From an uncultured virus (IMG/VR IMGVR_UViG_3300030104_006589) (taxonomy: Duplodnaviria > Heunggongvirae > Uroviricota > Caudoviricetes), in IMG/VR virus record IMGVR_UViG_3300030104_006589, positions 1 to 64,000 of that record: a DNA stretch of 64,000 nt. The stretch is one strand, 5' to 3'. This document shows positions 33,901-44,329 of the stretch, piece after piece. The translations under genes and the position numbers were made by a program. Numbering within the stretch: position 1 is the first letter of the stretch; each line of letters starts with the position of its first letter. Below the pieces are notes generated by a model. It searched no databases. It saw only the letters and a program-made list of their open reading frames with translations, and was not told where the DNA came from.

Positions 33901-36900
33901 AGTAGAGATACCAATAGCTCACACTGGAGCGACAGTTTTAGCAGACGGACAAGATAGAATACATGCCTCTAGCGGAATGCACACTGCTACTTTAGATTTC
34001 GCTAGTGGTGTTTATGTTCCTACGATTGGATATTTCGGACAGGGATTGCATGTAAGTGGCGTTCCAGTTTTAACTGGTGAGAATAACCCAGCAGAAGCTG
34101 ATACTTTACAGACTGTTACTACTCGCGGGAATGAAACAACCACATCAATCATCTCTACAGGACCATACATTTCTGGCGTTACAGGATATTATAAAGATAC
34201 CTTAAGAGTTGGTGACGGAGGGTTTGTCGATTTTCCATCAGAGTATGATACTTTACAAGTCGGAACATCAAGCAGTGCTACAAATGGTCACATTTTAGTT
34301 AGAGGTAAAGAATCTTCTATAACTTTCAGAGGAGTCGAAGGGTCAGATAAAGCACACACAATTAAAGAGGATGCTGGAACTTTAACTTTTTATGGGGATA
34401 GCACTCTCTCTGGAACGGCTGGTAATGCACGATTTGCAATTCAAACAGGACAGAGTTATTTTACAGACTTGGCGGGAGTTCAAGCAAATGGTAAAAAACC
34501 TCAATTCTATTTAGCGAGTATTGGGGGGGGAGCATCTAATAAAGCTACACATTTTTATCAACCAGCAAATAGTGCTGATTTTAGAATAGCTCTAAACGGT
34601 AGTCAACATAATGGAACAATAGGAACAGATGCCTTTGCTATAAAATCAACTTATGAAGTAGGCGTTGGAACAGTAGACCCTCGCGCAGCATTGCATGTCG
34701 ATAATGGTGCTGGAGCGACTACGGGATTCTTAGTAGAGAATAGCTCAAACAAAAATATCTTATGGGCCGAAGATAATGAATCAATTAATGCAAGATCCAC
34801 ATTCAACGTATATCATACCACTGTAGCATCACGCTACTTACAATTAGGTTGGGGTTCTATCTTTGCTAATGATAACGGTAATGAACTAACATTAGGTTCT
34901 AACTATTCTAGTAATAGTGCCACACGAATTTTTGTAGGAGCAGAAGGAGCTACTAATGTTCCCGCGAATACCATCCAAATGCAAGCCAATCATGGCTTGG
35001 CTGTATTTTCGGGTGTCTCTACAGATACCTTCGACCCGACAGCATTGCTTGATGTAAGAGGAGACGCTTATATCTCTGGAGATGTCTTAGGAACTGGAGT
35101 TGGTAATAGAATCACCAATAACGGCACACCTTATCTCCTCTCTGGTGACTCTCCTGCGGAGACACAAACGCTGCAAGATGTTTGCGATAATGGTAGCACG
35201 ACAACAACATCTGTTACGATTGGTGACGATTTAGCGGTTGATACAGACACTCTATTCGTAGATGCCTCTACAGATCGTGTTGGAATAAATAGAAATAGTC
35301 TCACTACTTATGATCTTGAGGTCCGAAACGGCGCTGGTGGTAGCTCAAGTCTTGGAATAATAGGGGGTTCTGCTAGCTCTCTTGTTTTAAACACTACTGA
35401 TACATCCATAGTCACTGTTCCTGCTGCCCAAATGTTTTTGAGGGCTACTGGTGGTTTTTATTTCCAATCAGGAACTACTACAAAAGCCGTTCTTACTAAA
35501 GAGGGCGATTTCGGTATAGGAACAGCTAGTCCACAAGCCCAACTTCAAGTAAATACTCCCAATCATAACACTTTTGCTTTAGGGATTGGAAACGACTCAT
35601 ATGTAGGAGGAAATCCTCGTCATGAGTTATTAATGTTAAATGATGGATCTCTCTCATGGTATCTTCCAGACAACGGATCGACCCCTGCGAAGTTTCAATT
35701 CTACTCTAGAGATAATAGTGATTTCTTTTTCACAGCAGATTCAGATACTTCAAGAGTGGGTATAGGAACAGTTAGTCCAGCTAGAAAACTTGATGTCTCT
35801 ACTAATAGTTCTGATACTTATGGCATAAGAAACTCTTATAATGCTTCTTACTACATGGAAATGGCTCACAACCGTTTTAATGCCGTAGGAAATAATTATA
35901 TTAGATTTAATATAGACGATGCCACTAAAATGACCATTGTCGATTCCGACTTTGGTGGAGGGGTAAATGGGGTAGGTATTGGTATAACTAATCCAACCAC
36001 AGAGTTGCAAGTTATTGGCGACATCTCTGGTTCAGGTAGTTTCTTAGGCACTGGTGTTGGAAACCGTATAACGAACAACCACATTCCTTATCTCCTTTCA
36101 GGAGACGAAGCAGGAGCGACAAACACGCTACAAGATGTTTGCGATAATGGTAATACAACCACAACTACTATTGAGTCAACAAAAGAAGCTGGAACAGCAT
36201 TCTCAGCCACAAGTGGAACGGACCGTTATTTCGTGGTGGATGCAAGTGGTAGAATAGGTCTTAATGCAGGTTTCTCTCCAACTCATTCTATTGAAATAGA
36301 TAACTGGGGAAATAAAAGACCCGCAAACATATGGCTTAACTCTTCAACCCTTCATGATGCCAGCATCGAATTTTCTCATAACGGAGCTTATGGTTTTATT
36401 ATGGGAAGTGATGAGACCGACAGAAAATTCAAGATATCTTCTGGTAACGCTCTTGGAACTAATGATCGCTTGGTAATAGATACTGCGGGAAATGTAGGTA
36501 TTGGCACAGATGCTCCCGCCAGCACCGCTGGCTCCGATAGATTCCTTGAAGTTTATGGCCCTGTAGATGCTGGGTTAGTTATCTCTAGTAATAATGGTGA
36601 GTGGGATATTAAAAACACAAACCCAACTGCTAATTTAAGTTTCCTTGCGGGTGGATCTCATAAAGTCACTTTTACAACTGCTGGTCTTGTCGGCATAGGA
36701 ACACAAACTCCAGCCAATAAATTAGATGTAGCAGGAAGTGTAGCTATCGGTTCCAGTTACGTGGGAACTGCTGCTCCAAGCAATGGTGCAATTATTCAAG
36801 GTAACGTAGGTATCGGAACTACTTCTGCATCTAATGCTCTTGATGTTAATGGGCATCTTTCTGCAACCAGTAAGTCATTCCTTATTGATCACCCAATCGA

Positions 36901-37192
36901 AGAAAACAAAAAGCTCCAGTATGCTTGTTTGGAGGGTCCAGAGAATGGGGTATACGTCAGGGGAACTACAAACAGCACCTCTATAGAACTGCCTGATTAC
37001 TGGTCCGAATTGATTCATGAAGACTCTATAACTGTCATTGTCACTCCAATCGGCAAAAAACAAGATTTATATATAAAATCCAAAAGCCCCCAACTTATAA
37101 TGATCGGTGGGGTCAAGGGATCTTATGATTATGTAGTATATGGAGAACGTAAAGACATAGACAGATTGGAGATTGAGCCATTAAAAGTGTAA
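30980..37192 (+). CDS. large tail fibre / receptor-binding protein (2070 aa)
   Basis: Many GNVGIG repeats, a GG-xx-N repeat block, C-terminal KSFLIDHP...LEGPENGVYVRG domain. Confidence 0.8.
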   Translation: MIPTGYTVLQVSKDQGAAVLLSEGYYHPTGATGAGGYLAASGAANGWNSVSFLNLVWADPNAPRVGGGPFPESITLTGQVNGAVSGLSVVIGGTTPNGDLRLEPTGWADFGNIAEETSATGISGYEFLKGVTYSGACYAVYEGAGQSWTGKVGIGTSAADIATSGYYEGSFTTHEIFEFDPEYQVDTGDLLAIETGSGVYLEENLDITFGITDPFGQELENAAEIAANPFVSGQRISLLDANGNMVFPNWRNYGDSQLSIGKRDRDDAGLGQNFGALFETVSYDGKINRNEYNWKANKLQAPHTVYVTSSGGVKKNQAVESPNAVYPTGKTGDIANLADRKEALRYTNNQPVLDSLGKELTGSSGYIEFGLAFDNDPTYTRYGNITLAAGPEEDFKIDEGSIVLEIPLEQSREQIIRLGAGDGIPADTGQYYKMLVDNPFGPAPVFINCGFAVLEELPRPQELFLPAWGNADLDGNIVVKGENAGYITGNCLTIGPPSYDHPYTINTKDGHVGIGTSTSLQAGAKLSVYGRAIGTGDGGRLTGPSDLPYLLSGDAAGTESDTLQTVADRGNTTTTDIGIGISTTPTNKLDVAGAVAIGNTYAGSASAPSNGLLVEGTVGIGSSVGIGFSTSPNAQLHVSASAGAPTFRLSRAATAQIWEQTVDSSNRWHLREAASEGGTQYTRLQIDDDGETLIAPNGGNVGIGFSTSPPSNQLDVAGRVGIGSSYAGATSAPSNGLLVEGNVGIGITEVTAQKLYVKGASAEVELATDDGYSIKSSQKAVIAGVGIGSTSINSTGSMIAGGSGHHISGDYDTIAGGTLNNISGGDFNFIGGGSQIDLTGSAYSSSIGGKNNDIFYSDYAIIGGGRNNKIESATVAFIGGGSSNEIHDGVSAIAGGVSNLISGGNGYSFVGGGEENMVYGTFSSILGGEGNKVYGNDAVTLGGWFSESTGKFALVGPGRASKVSGDYAVGLGNKVEIPIAHTGATVLADGQDRIHASSGMHTATLDFASGVYVPTIGYFGQGLHVSGVPVLTGENNPAEADTLQTVTTRGNETTTSIISTGPYISGVTGYYKDTLRVGDGGFVDFPSEYDTLQVGTSSSATNGHILVRGKESSITFRGVEGSDKAHTIKEDAGTLTFYGDSTLSGTAGNARFAIQTGQSYFTDLAGVQANGKKPQFYLASIGGGASNKATHFYQPANSADFRIALNGSQHNGTIGTDAFAIKSTYEVGVGTVDPRAALHVDNGAGATTGFLVENSSNKNILWAEDNESINARSTFNVYHTTVASRYLQLGWGSIFANDNGNELTLGSNYSSNSATRIFVGAEGATNVPANTIQMQANHGLAVFSGVSTDTFDPTALLDVRGDAYISGDVLGTGVGNRITNNGTPYLLSGDSPAETQTLQDVCDNGSTTTTSVTIGDDLAVDTDTLFVDASTDRVGINRNSLTTYDLEVRNGAGGSSSLGIIGGSASSLVLNTTDTSIVTVPAAQMFLRATGGFYFQSGTTTKAVLTKEGDFGIGTASPQAQLQVNTPNHNTFALGIGNDSYVGGNPRHELLMLNDGSLSWYLPDNGSTPAKFQFYSRDNSDFFFTADSDTSRVGIGTVSPARKLDVSTNSSDTYGIRNSYNASYYMEMAHNRFNAVGNNYIRFNIDDATKMTIVDSDFGGGVNGVGIGITNPTTELQVIGDISGSGSFLGTGVGNRITNNHIPYLLSGDEAGATNTLQDVCDNGNTTTTTIESTKEAGTAFSATSGTDRYFVVDASGRIGLNAGFSPTHSIEIDNWGNKRPANIWLNSSTLHDASIEFSHNGAYGFIMGSDETDRKFKISSGNALGTNDRLVIDTAGNVGIGTDAPASTAGSDRFLEVYGPVDAGLVISSNNGEWDIKNTNPTANLSFLAGGSHKVTFTTAGLVGIGTQTPANKLDVAGSVAIGSSYVGTAAPSNGAIIQGNVGIGTTSASNALDVNGHLSATSKSFLIDHPIEENKKLQYACLEGPENGVYVRGTTNSTSIELPDYWSELIHEDSITVIVTPIGKKQDLYIKSKSPQLIMIGGVKGSYDYVVYGERKDIDRLEIEPLKV

Positions 37193-37203
37193 TTTAAATC
37201 AGA

Positions 37204-40200
37204 ATGTCGAACATTGTTATCAGCCCACAGTCAGGCGTAATAGAATTTAATACTGGGAATGCAGGTAGTAGTTCTTTTATGACTTCTACAGCCCCTATAA
37301 GGCTAGATGCCACAGGGGGAAATGTGTGGTTTACTGGTAGTAATGTAGGTATAGGAATAACTAATCCAAGTATAAAACTTGAAGTAAATTCAGCAGGAAC
37401 AGATGAGGTAGCTAGATTCCAATCAACAGATAATGATTCTTATATATCTATATCAGACAACACTGATGCTGTCTATATAGGTCATGATGCTGCATTAGAT
37501 GTTATGTCCCTTGGTTTTAATAATAGCATGGGGGTTAGCTCTAATCTCAATATAGATACTAATGGAAGCGTAGGTATAGGAACAAATAATCCTGCCCATC
37601 AATTACATTTAAATAAAGAAGATGCTATAGCAGAAATGCAGATTAGCAGGGGAGGTTCTAATCCAAGCACTGATACAGATATAGGTAGGATACAATTTAA
37701 AACAGATTACTCCGCTTCACCAAATGAAGTAGGTAGTATTTGGGTAAGAACAAACTCAAGTGCATATAGAACTGATATGCGGTTTGGCGTTAAAGCTACC
37801 GCAGGTTCAGAAGAGGTAGGACTTACCATACATGGAACTAATGACGGCCCACTAGTAGGTATAGGAACAACCAATCCAGAGGATTTATTAACGGTCTCAG
37901 CAGGAGCAGGAGGATCAACTACCGACTTAATTAATGTCGGAGGAACTGGAAATGGTCGTATTTTAGTTAGGCATATAGACGGAAAAGATTCCGTCTCCGC
38001 AGCTATAGGGCCGCTGTTTTTAAATTATGGTATTTCTCAAAATGTTTCGCTGGCTTACGGAGGAGGCAATGTAGGTATAGGATCAACAAGTAATCCTCAG
38101 GCTTTATTACATGTCCACAAGTCAAACACTGCTGGACCCACTATAGAATTATCTAACTCAGAATATAGAGCATATATTAATTCTTGGGGATCGACTGCTT
38201 CAGCAGGTAGAAGAGACCGCTTTGAAATAAATGCAAGCGCAACAGATTTTGCTGTAGCAGGAGATTCTATAAGATTTCAAATAGGAACCGCAGGAGATTC
38301 TTATGAGAAGATGCGGATTGCATCTGATGGTAATGTTGGTATAGGAACAACTGCTCCCACAACAACCTTGCAAGTAGTAGGAACGATATCGGGAGCTACT
38401 ATATCGGGAGTTAGCGGACAATTTAGCGAAGGTTTGTTTATTAGTGGTGCGCCAGTTCTTACTGGAGAAAACAATCCAGCAGAAGCAGATACTTTAGCTA
38501 CTGTTACTGCTAGGGGAAATACAACAACAACCTCTATTGTTTCTACGGGACCACATATCTCTGGGACTACTGGACTGTTTGGTCAAGGAACATTCACTAG
38601 AGCCGATATCGGTAGCGTAGATATCTTTGGTGACGCAATATATGTAGGAGAAGTAAGAACTAATAGTCTTTCTGATAAAGCTAGCAATGGTAATGCTCAA
38701 ATTAATTTCGGCGGTTCTAGTAAAACAATAGAGTTTGAAACTGATGCTACTGCAAGAATGTTTATTGCCGCAAATGGCAATGTCGGAGTAGGAATAGGAT
38801 CAAACGCCGCAAATCAAAAGTTCACTGTCGGAGCTAGATCAAACTTCGACTCACAAAACAATTACTATGGTTCTTGGGTAGATGGAAACACTGCTGGCGA
38901 TAGCTTCTTTGCTGTTGGTCAGTGGCACAATGTTGGAGGTCGTATGCAAGCGGGTTCCAATAACATGTATATCCATACTCATAATACCTCGCATGATTTA
39001 GTTCTGCAAAGTGGGGGAGGATATGTAGGAATAGAAACCAATACGCCAGCTAAACAATTACAACTTGGTGGCTCCAACCCTTGGATAAGACTACAAGAAG
39101 ATGATTCGGGGGGAGAGAAAAGATTAGATTTATTTGTTTCAACTTCTACAGGTGTCATTGGTGCAAACCAATCTGCACAAACAATGATGTTCCAAACTGT
39201 TGGGGAAAGTCGTATGACCATAGAACCTGGGGGTAATGTTGGTGTAGGGACAACTAATCCTGCTAACCTCCTCCATGTAGACGGCAAAAGTAAACTAGGA
39301 ACAAATGGATTTTCAGAGGGTGGATTGCTTATAAATTATGCCTCATTAAGTGAGACAAAAGGTGGAGCAGCGACACTTCTAGGTAATGCTGTATATGCAG
39401 GGACCACAAACAATACATTCAGAAGGACAAAAGGTGATGCTGGTAACTACATCTTAATGACCTACAACAGAGGTATTGCTTTCCATACTAATGTCACAGG
39501 GAATACCAGTGATGATTATTCAATTGATAATCATGAACAGATGCGTATTACCACAGGAGGTTTTGTTGGTATTGGAACAAGCGATCCTCTTGGGACTACT
39601 CATATTTACACAGCAGATGCAGGTGGAGCTATAGTCACAAATGCAAGTCATGATGATTTAATAATAGAAAATAATGGTAATTGCGGCATTCAATTATCAA
39701 GCCCTGCAAGTAGTTATCAGTATTTAGCTTTTGGAGATACAGCTTCAGCAAATGCGGGGTATGTAAGATATTATCATAGTGATGATAGTATGGTTTTACG
39801 AGCAGGAGCGGATGATACCGTGACCATAAAGGGTGGTGATGTAAGAATAGGAACAAACACTAATTTCCCAGCAGGGACCGTAGCGGGAGGCAAGTTAGAT
39901 GTTAGAGGAGATTCGGATGGTCAGTTACTCTTCGATACTGATGGAGGTTCGTCAGACATCAAATCTTCATACAATTTAGAATTGTGGGCAGATTACGACA
40001 ATAATAACTCTGCTGGATATAGTAATATTTATTTTAAGACTGACGGCGATAACACCAGAATGACCATTGATAACAATGGTAAAGTGGGGATAGGAAACAG
40101 CCAACCCTCCGACACTCTTCAAGTAGCAGGACAAGTAAGAATTGATGGTTCTACTACAGATGGACTTACAGTCACATCTAATTCAGGAGCAAGCAGAGGA

Positions 40201-42165
40201 TTTGAAATTTACAATAATTCAAGCACCGACACCGCAAGTCTTATAAACTACTATGATGGCCCAGTGCTTTTCGGGCAAAATAATGCTGAAAAGTTTAGAA
40301 TAAACACTGACGGTGATCTTGTAATTGCAGGTAATGGAACAAGTAATGATTCTTTTTATCTATATTTTAATAATGCAGCTTGTGGAGTTAGAAGAAAAAC
40401 AAATGATTTAATATTAGGTGGTTATGAAGCTATAAGGTTTAGAGTCTCTAACACTATTGTAGGGAATCAAACCGAAAGAATGTGCATTCTGGACGATGGT
40501 AATGTTGGTATAGGAACAACAACGCCTTATGGACAAGTTGATATATTTAGTAGTAATAATACTGAAACAGATCCTGACGATGCAGCTAATTATCACCTTC
40601 ATTTACATAATCCTCTTGATGACACTAGCGAAAGTATCGGCATTGGCTTTGGTCTCACAAGTGCTCATGATGCAGTTGGTGCAGCTATAGCTCACGAAAG
40701 AAAAGGTAGTAATAGTTACGGAGATTTATATTTCTCTACTAGACCAAATGGAGGATCTGTTACAGAAAGAATGCGGATTAATTCTGCTGGTAATGTAGGA
40801 ATAGGATCAACTAGTCCCGCGAAAACACTAACCGTTGATGGCACTATAGGGGGAACAGCATTTGGAATAGCTGATGGGAAAGCTCTATTGGTTGATGGTA
40901 GTCCAAGTGACGACCAGTATGCTCGTTTTACTGCGAATGGTCTTGAAGGAAGATCGGTAGCGAATCTTCTCAGTGACCTCTCTCTAGNNNNNNNNNNCTC
41001 TGCTGAGATAGACTACTTGGAAGCTATATATGCGACTAACGTTACGAGCGCGGAGTTCGATTACCTCGATGGCGTGACTTCAAATATCCAAACGCAGTTA
41101 AATGATCGCTACACAGAGAGTGAGATCCAGACGTTCATGGATAACTCTTACATTTCTAAAGACACTGCGAGTGATATTGCTGTTGGTTGGTATACCATTG
41201 CTACTAATACAGGTAATAGGGCTGTAGCTAGGTTTGGTATTTGGGATACAGATAGCGGCAGACACCAGAGTATAATTTTTTATGCGGCACATAAATTTGG
41301 CAATGCATCAGCCGACACGATGACTGTTATTGATGCTGGACGCTATAGCACTAGTCCTTTCCGTTACATAAGAATCAAAGCAGGTGGAACTTATGATGGT
41401 GCTGCTCTTCAAGTATATGTTGATAACGCTAGTAACGCTCTAAATGCAGCTATTCTTGGAGATAACTTTCAAAGTGACGGTTGGGTTCTTTGCGATTTTG
41501 TTCCAGATGCTGACACCCCACCACTCGTAAGTAACTACGGCTCTTTTACTGAAAGTTCTAGGATTGATTTAGATGAGATTGCACAAGGTGGTTTTGCAAC
41601 CACTGGACCTATCTATGCTGACGGAAACACAACCCAATACAAAGTTATTACTACTAATGACTTCGGCATAGCCAACACAGACCCTGTTAAAATAGACAGT
41701 TCTTCAGTAGCAGATAACGAGTATGCACGATTTACAGCTAACGGACTTGAAAGCCGCTCAACATCAGAAGTCAGGAGTGATATCGGCGCTCAAGCAACTC
41801 TTACATTCGGTATCGCAAACACAAATGCTGTTAAGATTGATGACGCTGACGCTGCTGACAACGATTATGCAAAATTCACTTCTAACGGTTTAGAAGGTAG
41901 ATCAGCATCAGAAGTCAGATCCGATATAAGTGCGATGCCTTCAGCGGGAAATTCATATACCGAAGTTGAATTTGCCACTGTAACCACACCTGTTATCGCT
42001 TTCGGATCACTGGCTTATTACACTCCCACCGCAGGTAAAAGAGCTTTTACGCAACTAGGCATCAGTTACGACTACTATAGTATCGGGTCAACAGTAAATA
42101 GTTTTAGTGCTGGATCAACCTGCGTCCCAATTTATGGAGACGGATCGTATTGGAGAGTAGGTTAA
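37204..42165 (+). CDS. large tail fibre protein (~1650 aa, contains N gap)
   Basis: ERMRI...GNVGIGT repeats; three YA(R/K)FT(A/S)NGLE(G/S)RS repeats near the C-terminus. Confidence 0.8.
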   Translation: MSNIVISPQSGVIEFNTGNAGSSSFMTSTAPIRLDATGGNVWFTGSNVGIGITNPSIKLEVNSAGTDEVARFQSTDNDSYISISDNTDAVYIGHDAALDVMSLGFNNSMGVSSNLNIDTNGSVGIGTNNPAHQLHLNKEDAIAEMQISRGGSNPSTDTDIGRIQFKTDYSASPNEVGSIWVRTNSSAYRTDMRFGVKATAGSEEVGLTIHGTNDGPLVGIGTTNPEDLLTVSAGAGGSTTDLINVGGTGNGRILVRHIDGKDSVSAAIGPLFLNYGISQNVSLAYGGGNVGIGSTSNPQALLHVHKSNTAGPTIELSNSEYRAYINSWGSTASAGRRDRFEINASATDFAVAGDSIRFQIGTAGDSYEKMRIASDGNVGIGTTAPTTTLQVVGTISGATISGVSGQFSEGLFISGAPVLTGENNPAEADTLATVTARGNTTTTSIVSTGPHISGTTGLFGQGTFTRADIGSVDIFGDAIYVGEVRTNSLSDKASNGNAQINFGGSSKTIEFETDATARMFIAANGNVGVGIGSNAANQKFTVGARSNFDSQNNYYGSWVDGNTAGDSFFAVGQWHNVGGRMQAGSNNMYIHTHNTSHDLVLQSGGGYVGIETNTPAKQLQLGGSNPWIRLQEDDSGGEKRLDLFVSTSTGVIGANQSAQTMMFQTVGESRMTIEPGGNVGVGTTNPANLLHVDGKSKLGTNGFSEGGLLINYASLSETKGGAATLLGNAVYAGTTNNTFRRTKGDAGNYILMTYNRGIAFHTNVTGNTSDDYSIDNHEQMRITTGGFVGIGTSDPLGTTHIYTADAGGAIVTNASHDDLIIENNGNCGIQLSSPASSYQYLAFGDTASANAGYVRYYHSDDSMVLRAGADDTVTIKGGDVRIGTNTNFPAGTVAGGKLDVRGDSDGQLLFDTDGGSSDIKSSYNLELWADYDNNNSAGYSNIYFKTDGDNTRMTIDNNGKVGIGNSQPSDTLQVAGQVRIDGSTTDGLTVTSNSGASRGFEIYNNSSTDTASLINYYDGPVLFGQNNAEKFRINTDGDLVIAGNGTSNDSFYLYFNNAACGVRRKTNDLILGGYEAIRFRVSNTIVGNQTERMCILDDGNVGIGTTTPYGQVDIFSSNNTETDPDDAANYHLHLHNPLDDTSESIGIGFGLTSAHDAVGAAIAHERKGSNSYGDLYFSTRPNGGSVTERMRINSAGNVGIGSTSPAKTLTVDGTIGGTAFGIADGKALLVDGSPSDDQYARFTANGLEGRSVANLLSDLSLXXXXSAEIDYLEAIYATNVTSAEFDYLDGVTSNIQTQLNDRYTESEIQTFMDNSYISKDTASDIAVGWYTIATNTGNRAVARFGIWDTDSGRHQSIIFYAAHKFGNASADTMTVIDAGRYSTSPFRYIRIKAGGTYDGAALQVYVDNASNALNAAILGDNFQSDGWVLCDFVPDADTPPLVSNYGSFTESSRIDLDEIAQGGFATTGPIYADGNTTQYKVITTNDFGIANTDPVKIDSSSVADNEYARFTANGLESRSTSEVRSDIGAQATLTFGIANTNAVKIDDADAADNDYAKFTSNGLEGRSASEVRSDISAMPSAGNSYTEVEFATVTTPVIAFGSLAYYTPTAGKRAFTQLGISYDYYSIGSTVNSFSAGSTCVPIYGDGSYWRVG

Positions 42166-42171
42166 TAACCA

Positions 42172-42399
42172 CTATTCCTCTTCTTTAGCAACACTCTCTA
42201 AATCGGCTGGCTTTGCAAAAAGTGGTGAATCTTCCACTTGTGATGATTCTTCTACTTCTTGAGTAAAAGCTAAGCTAGCGGTCAACTTTTTAGCTAAAAC
42301 AGAACTAGCTTCTGCTACGTTCAAACCTCCCGACTTAACAGCTATGTCAATAAGTTGCAGTAATACTTTAATTTCTCCTTCTGTAAATTCTATTTTCAT
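42172..42399 (-). CDS. hypothetical protein
   Basis: LIDIAVKSGGL motif; 75 aa. Confidence 0.6.
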   Translation of the reverse strand: MKIEFTEGEIKVLLQLIDIAVKSGGLNVAEASSVLAKKLTASLAFTQEVEESSQVEDSPLFAKPADLESVAKEEE

Positions 42400-42433
42400 A
42401 ATTTAAATTTTCTGTCTTATGTTATAATAATAT

Positions 42434-43115
42434 ATGTTAAACTGCGTTTTTCTAGTTCCAATTGACCATAGAGGCATTCAAGGTAAATTATTAAGCAGAT
42501 ATCTAGATCTGCAATCTTGGTGCNNNNNNNNNNGCAATTTTAACCGTAAATGGTTTATTCCTTAATTTTGCGCGAAATTATTTAGCAACAGGGGGGAAGG
42601 GATTCATGAATACAAGTCCTCCAAAAGCCGAATGGCTTTTTTGGATTGATTCTGATGTAGATTTTACTATAGAACAGGTAGAATACATGATGTCACTCCC
42701 AAAAGATAAAAAGTTTTTATGCGGGTGGTATAAATCAGATTACTCTGACAAGGCTATGGTTGGCAACTGGGACGAAGATTATTTCAGGAAAAACTTACAC
42801 ATGCCTTTTACCTCAGGCGATTGGTTGGAAAAAATAGCTAAAGAGAAGCCAAATCAGTTAGTTGAGGTGGATTGGTGTGGTTTTGGCTTTGTCAGAATGC
42901 ATAGATCTATTATAGAGGAAATGGAATATCCTTATTTTCCTTTAAATCAAGTCGGCGTAGACGGATGTGATGACAAGAAAGGAGGGACTTTTGACTTAAG
43001 GGATTTAAGCTTTGAGGATGTTAGCTTCTGTAGAAACTGCTATGAAAAGACAAAAATAAAACCTTTGGTTGTGCCTCAATTAAGAGTTCCTCATTTAAAA
43101 TCATTTTTTGTATAA
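42434..43115 (+). CDS. GT-A fold glycosyltransferase (spans N gap)
   Basis: FARNYL, WLFWIDSDV, GFGFV, EDVSFC, VPHLK. Confidence 0.75.
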
Positions 43116-43149
43116 TTTAGTGTAATAAAAGATATAATACTATAAAGCC

Positions 43150-43557
43150 ATGCCAGAAGAAAATTTAGGAGACCCGATTCCAAGAACCGAGCCATATATC
43201 GTCCCAGCAACATCAGAACAGGAGTTTGATTCTGTCTGGTTAAGGTCTATCAATATTTTTGCCCCTCAAATTAATGAGTCAGGTAATACTCTGGGGAGTA
43301 TTAACATCGAATGTTTGCCTTATAATGGAACTTCAGGAGAAGAGAAGATTTGGGAAACCCCAGATAATGAAGGGGTTGAATACATCAATGTTCCCAATCG
43401 CGTTAATGGAAGAAAAACTTTGTGGGATTGTGTAAACGAAGTTCCTGAGGTAGCGGTCGCAATGAACGCTATCACTGCGGCTATTCCCGCTTTAAGAACT
43501 TGGACTAACACTCCTCCTCCAGAGCCTACTCCTCCGAATGACGATCCTCCAGCGTAG
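43150..43557 (+). CDS. hypothetical protein
   Basis: 135-aa acidic ORF with Pro-rich tail. Confidence 0.65.
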   Translation: MPEENLGDPIPRTEPYIVPATSEQEFDSVWLRSINIFAPQINESGNTLGSINIECLPYNGTSGEEKIWETPDNEGVEYINVPNRVNGRKTLWDCVNEVPEVAVAMNAITAAIPALRTWTNTPPPEPTPPNDDPPA

Positions 43558-43768
43558 GAACTTCATAGGCGTGGAAATGAGGGGTATTTCCCTCTTGGAA
43601 ATCATTTTTAAAGATTAAAAAAGGAATCTCTTCACCCTTTATTGTTATCTTTCCCGACAGGTAAGTCTTCCCGTCTCCCTTTTTCTTGATCCAAAAGGCT
43701 CCCGCCTTGTTCTGACCCCAAGTTGAAAGTTGTTTCTTTGAGGAGGTTGAGGAAGTCTCGTTTTGCAT
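43526..43768 (-). CDS. DUF736-like small protein
   Basis: GAFWIK...YLSGKI...IFKN...P. Confidence 0.55.
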   Translation of the reverse strand: MQNETSSTSSKKQLSTWGQNKAGAFWIKKKGDGKTYLSGKITIKGEEIPFLIFKNDFQEGNTPHFHAYEVPTLEDRHSEE

Positions 43769-43877
43769 AGTGCGGTAATTTAGTGTATTGTTTTTTTAGT
43801 CTTCGATAAACCCTTTTCGAAACAGGATCGCAAGGATTACAAATTTTTCTTAATTCTCTAGCGGCTCTTTTATTCAT
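43632..43877 (-). CDS. basic hypothetical protein
   Basis: MNKRAARELRK...VYRRLKKQY; overlaps the next gene by 137 nt. Confidence 0.45.
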   Translation of the reverse strand: MNKRAARELRKICNPCDPVSKRVYRRLKKQYTKLPHYAKRDFLNLLKETTFNLGSEQGGSLLDQEKGRREDLPVGKDNNKG

Positions 43878-44329
43878 AATGCAGTAATATAGGTTTCACA
43901 GTCTTTGACAAAGCCCATTTTTTTATAAAAGCGAGCTACTTTGTCAGCATCTGGGTGTGCCGAAGCGCAATTCATTGTAGCATATTTAAATTCTTTCTCT
44001 TTGGCAAACTTTAATGCTACCCCCAAAAGTCTTTGTCCTACACGCGGATTTTTAGATAGCCAAATGTATTCTGAAAAAATCTCCTCCCCAAATTTTTCAT
44101 TTTTTTGATTAACAAAAGCAATCATAGCATCGCATTTGCCTCCTTCTGTTAAGTTAGCCCAAACAAAAAAGTCCCAAGCCAGTATATGTTTATGAGCAAA
44201 AGCATTAATAATGTATTTTTTATTATGCTTTAAGAAGTGGCCTTGACTTTCATTTTCAAAATCGAAAAGAAAGAATATATCTTCTACCGCCTCCTTGAAC
44301 TCAACTGGATTGGTGATTCTTTTTATCAT
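43874..44329 (-). CDS. GNAT-fold acetyltransferase-like protein
   Basis: RVGQRLL...VARFYKKMGF. Confidence 0.6.
   Translation of the reverse strand: MIKRITNPVEFKEAVEDIFFLFDFENESQGHFLKHNKKYIINAFAHKHILAWDFFVWANLTEGGKCDAMIAFVNQKNEKFGEEIFSEYIWLSKNPRVGQRLLGVALKFAKEKEFKYATMNCASAHPDADKVARFYKKMGFVKDCETYITAL

Noticed and set aside
32740..36810. Diversity-generating retroelement template/variable repeats in the fibre gene
   Set aside because: Differences are not confined to adenines, the copies are internal and coding, and no reverse transcriptase is present.
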